This document shows positions 63,390-64,000 of a DNA stretch of 64,000 nucleotides, piece by piece (the first letter of the stretch is position 1; every line of letters starts with the position of its first letter). The notes below the pieces were generated by a model that was given only the letters and a program-made list of their open reading frames with translations, did not search any database and was not told the DNA's origin. This stretch comes from Marsupella aquatica (lineage: Eukaryota > Plantae > Marchantiophyta): contig OZ316893.1 in NCBI GenBank assembly GCA_973895155.1, positions 11,982,359 to 12,046,358 on the forward strand. The letters run 5' to 3'. The position numbers were made by a program, and so were the translations under genes.

Positions 63390-64000
63390 ACTAGTGACCA
63401 GAGTATACCTGCACTCTACTTGTACTCTTCACTCGTTGGTCTTCCTGGGTTTTTCTCTCGTGTTCCTCCCCTTCTACAGTATTGTGTCTCAGGTTACTCA
63501 CCACAATGTACCTGCACTTGGGCTGGGCTCTTTGTTCTTCCTGGGTTTTCCTTTCGTGTTCCTTCCCCCCTCCTTTTATTGTGTTCCTCCCGTTTATTAT
63601 TTTTTGTCTCCTCCTCTTCTTGTGTTCGTCCCCTTTATTGTGTCTCAGGTTATTGACCAGAATGTACCTGCACTTGGACTGGGCTCTTTGTTCTTCCTGA
63701 GTTTTTCTCTCGTGTTCCTCACCTTTTTCCTTTTATTGCGACTCCTCCTTTTCTTGTGTTCCTCCCCTTTATTATTTTGTGTCTCCTCCTCTTCTTGTGT
63801 TCTTCCTTTATTGTGTCTAAGGTTACTGACCGGAATGTACCTGCACTTGGACTGGGCTCTTTGTTCTTCCTGGGCTTTTCTCTGGTGTTCCTCATCTTCC
63901 TTTTATTGCGACTCCTCCTTTTCTTGTGTTCCTCCTCTTCTTGTGTTCCTCCTCTTCTTGTGTTCTTCCCATTTATTGTGTCTCAGATTACTGACCAGAA
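63390..64000. repeat. ~160-175-bp pyrimidine-rich tandem repeat continuing beyond the window
   Basis: TGTGTCTCAGGTTACTGACCAGAATGTACCTGCACTTGGACTGGGCTCTTTGTTCTTCCTG-like unit near 63484, 63639, 63812 and 63978, with CCTCCTCTTCTTGTGTT subrepeats. Confidence 0.9.

Overview
Eukaryotic land-plant genomic DNA, probably a bryophyte-grade lineage (inferred from the CRE-clade retroelement, the Sola-like element and spliceosomal introns). Three host genes are supported: an 11-exon LCAT3/LCAT4-type phospholipase A (13690-19561, +), an intronless SCARECROW-type GRAS factor (36127-38619, +) and a 5-exon polyketide-cyclase/START (SRPBCC) gene (60372-62750, -). The remainder is rich in transposons. (i) A PIF/Harbinger element of more than 9.6 kb (1-9637) carries a Myb/SANT-type ORF, a DDE transposase and two extra cargo ORFs, one of them RPA70-C-like. 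(ii) Four MITE copies have 8-bp TSDs. (iii) There is a CRE-type non-LTR retrotransposon and L1 remnants. (iv) The highlight is a 9.3-kb TIR DNA transposon (24568-33876, CTAG flanks). It encodes a Sola-like/DUF7869-type transposase and, divergently, an intron-containing protein that fuses a ParB-like domain to a prokaryotic-type beta-class N6A/N4C DNA methyltransferase. The same element contains several copies of a 16-bp palindrome, TTCATGAATTCATGAA. All TE ORFs in this copy are decayed. Family assignments come from motif recognition by eye, not from database searches.
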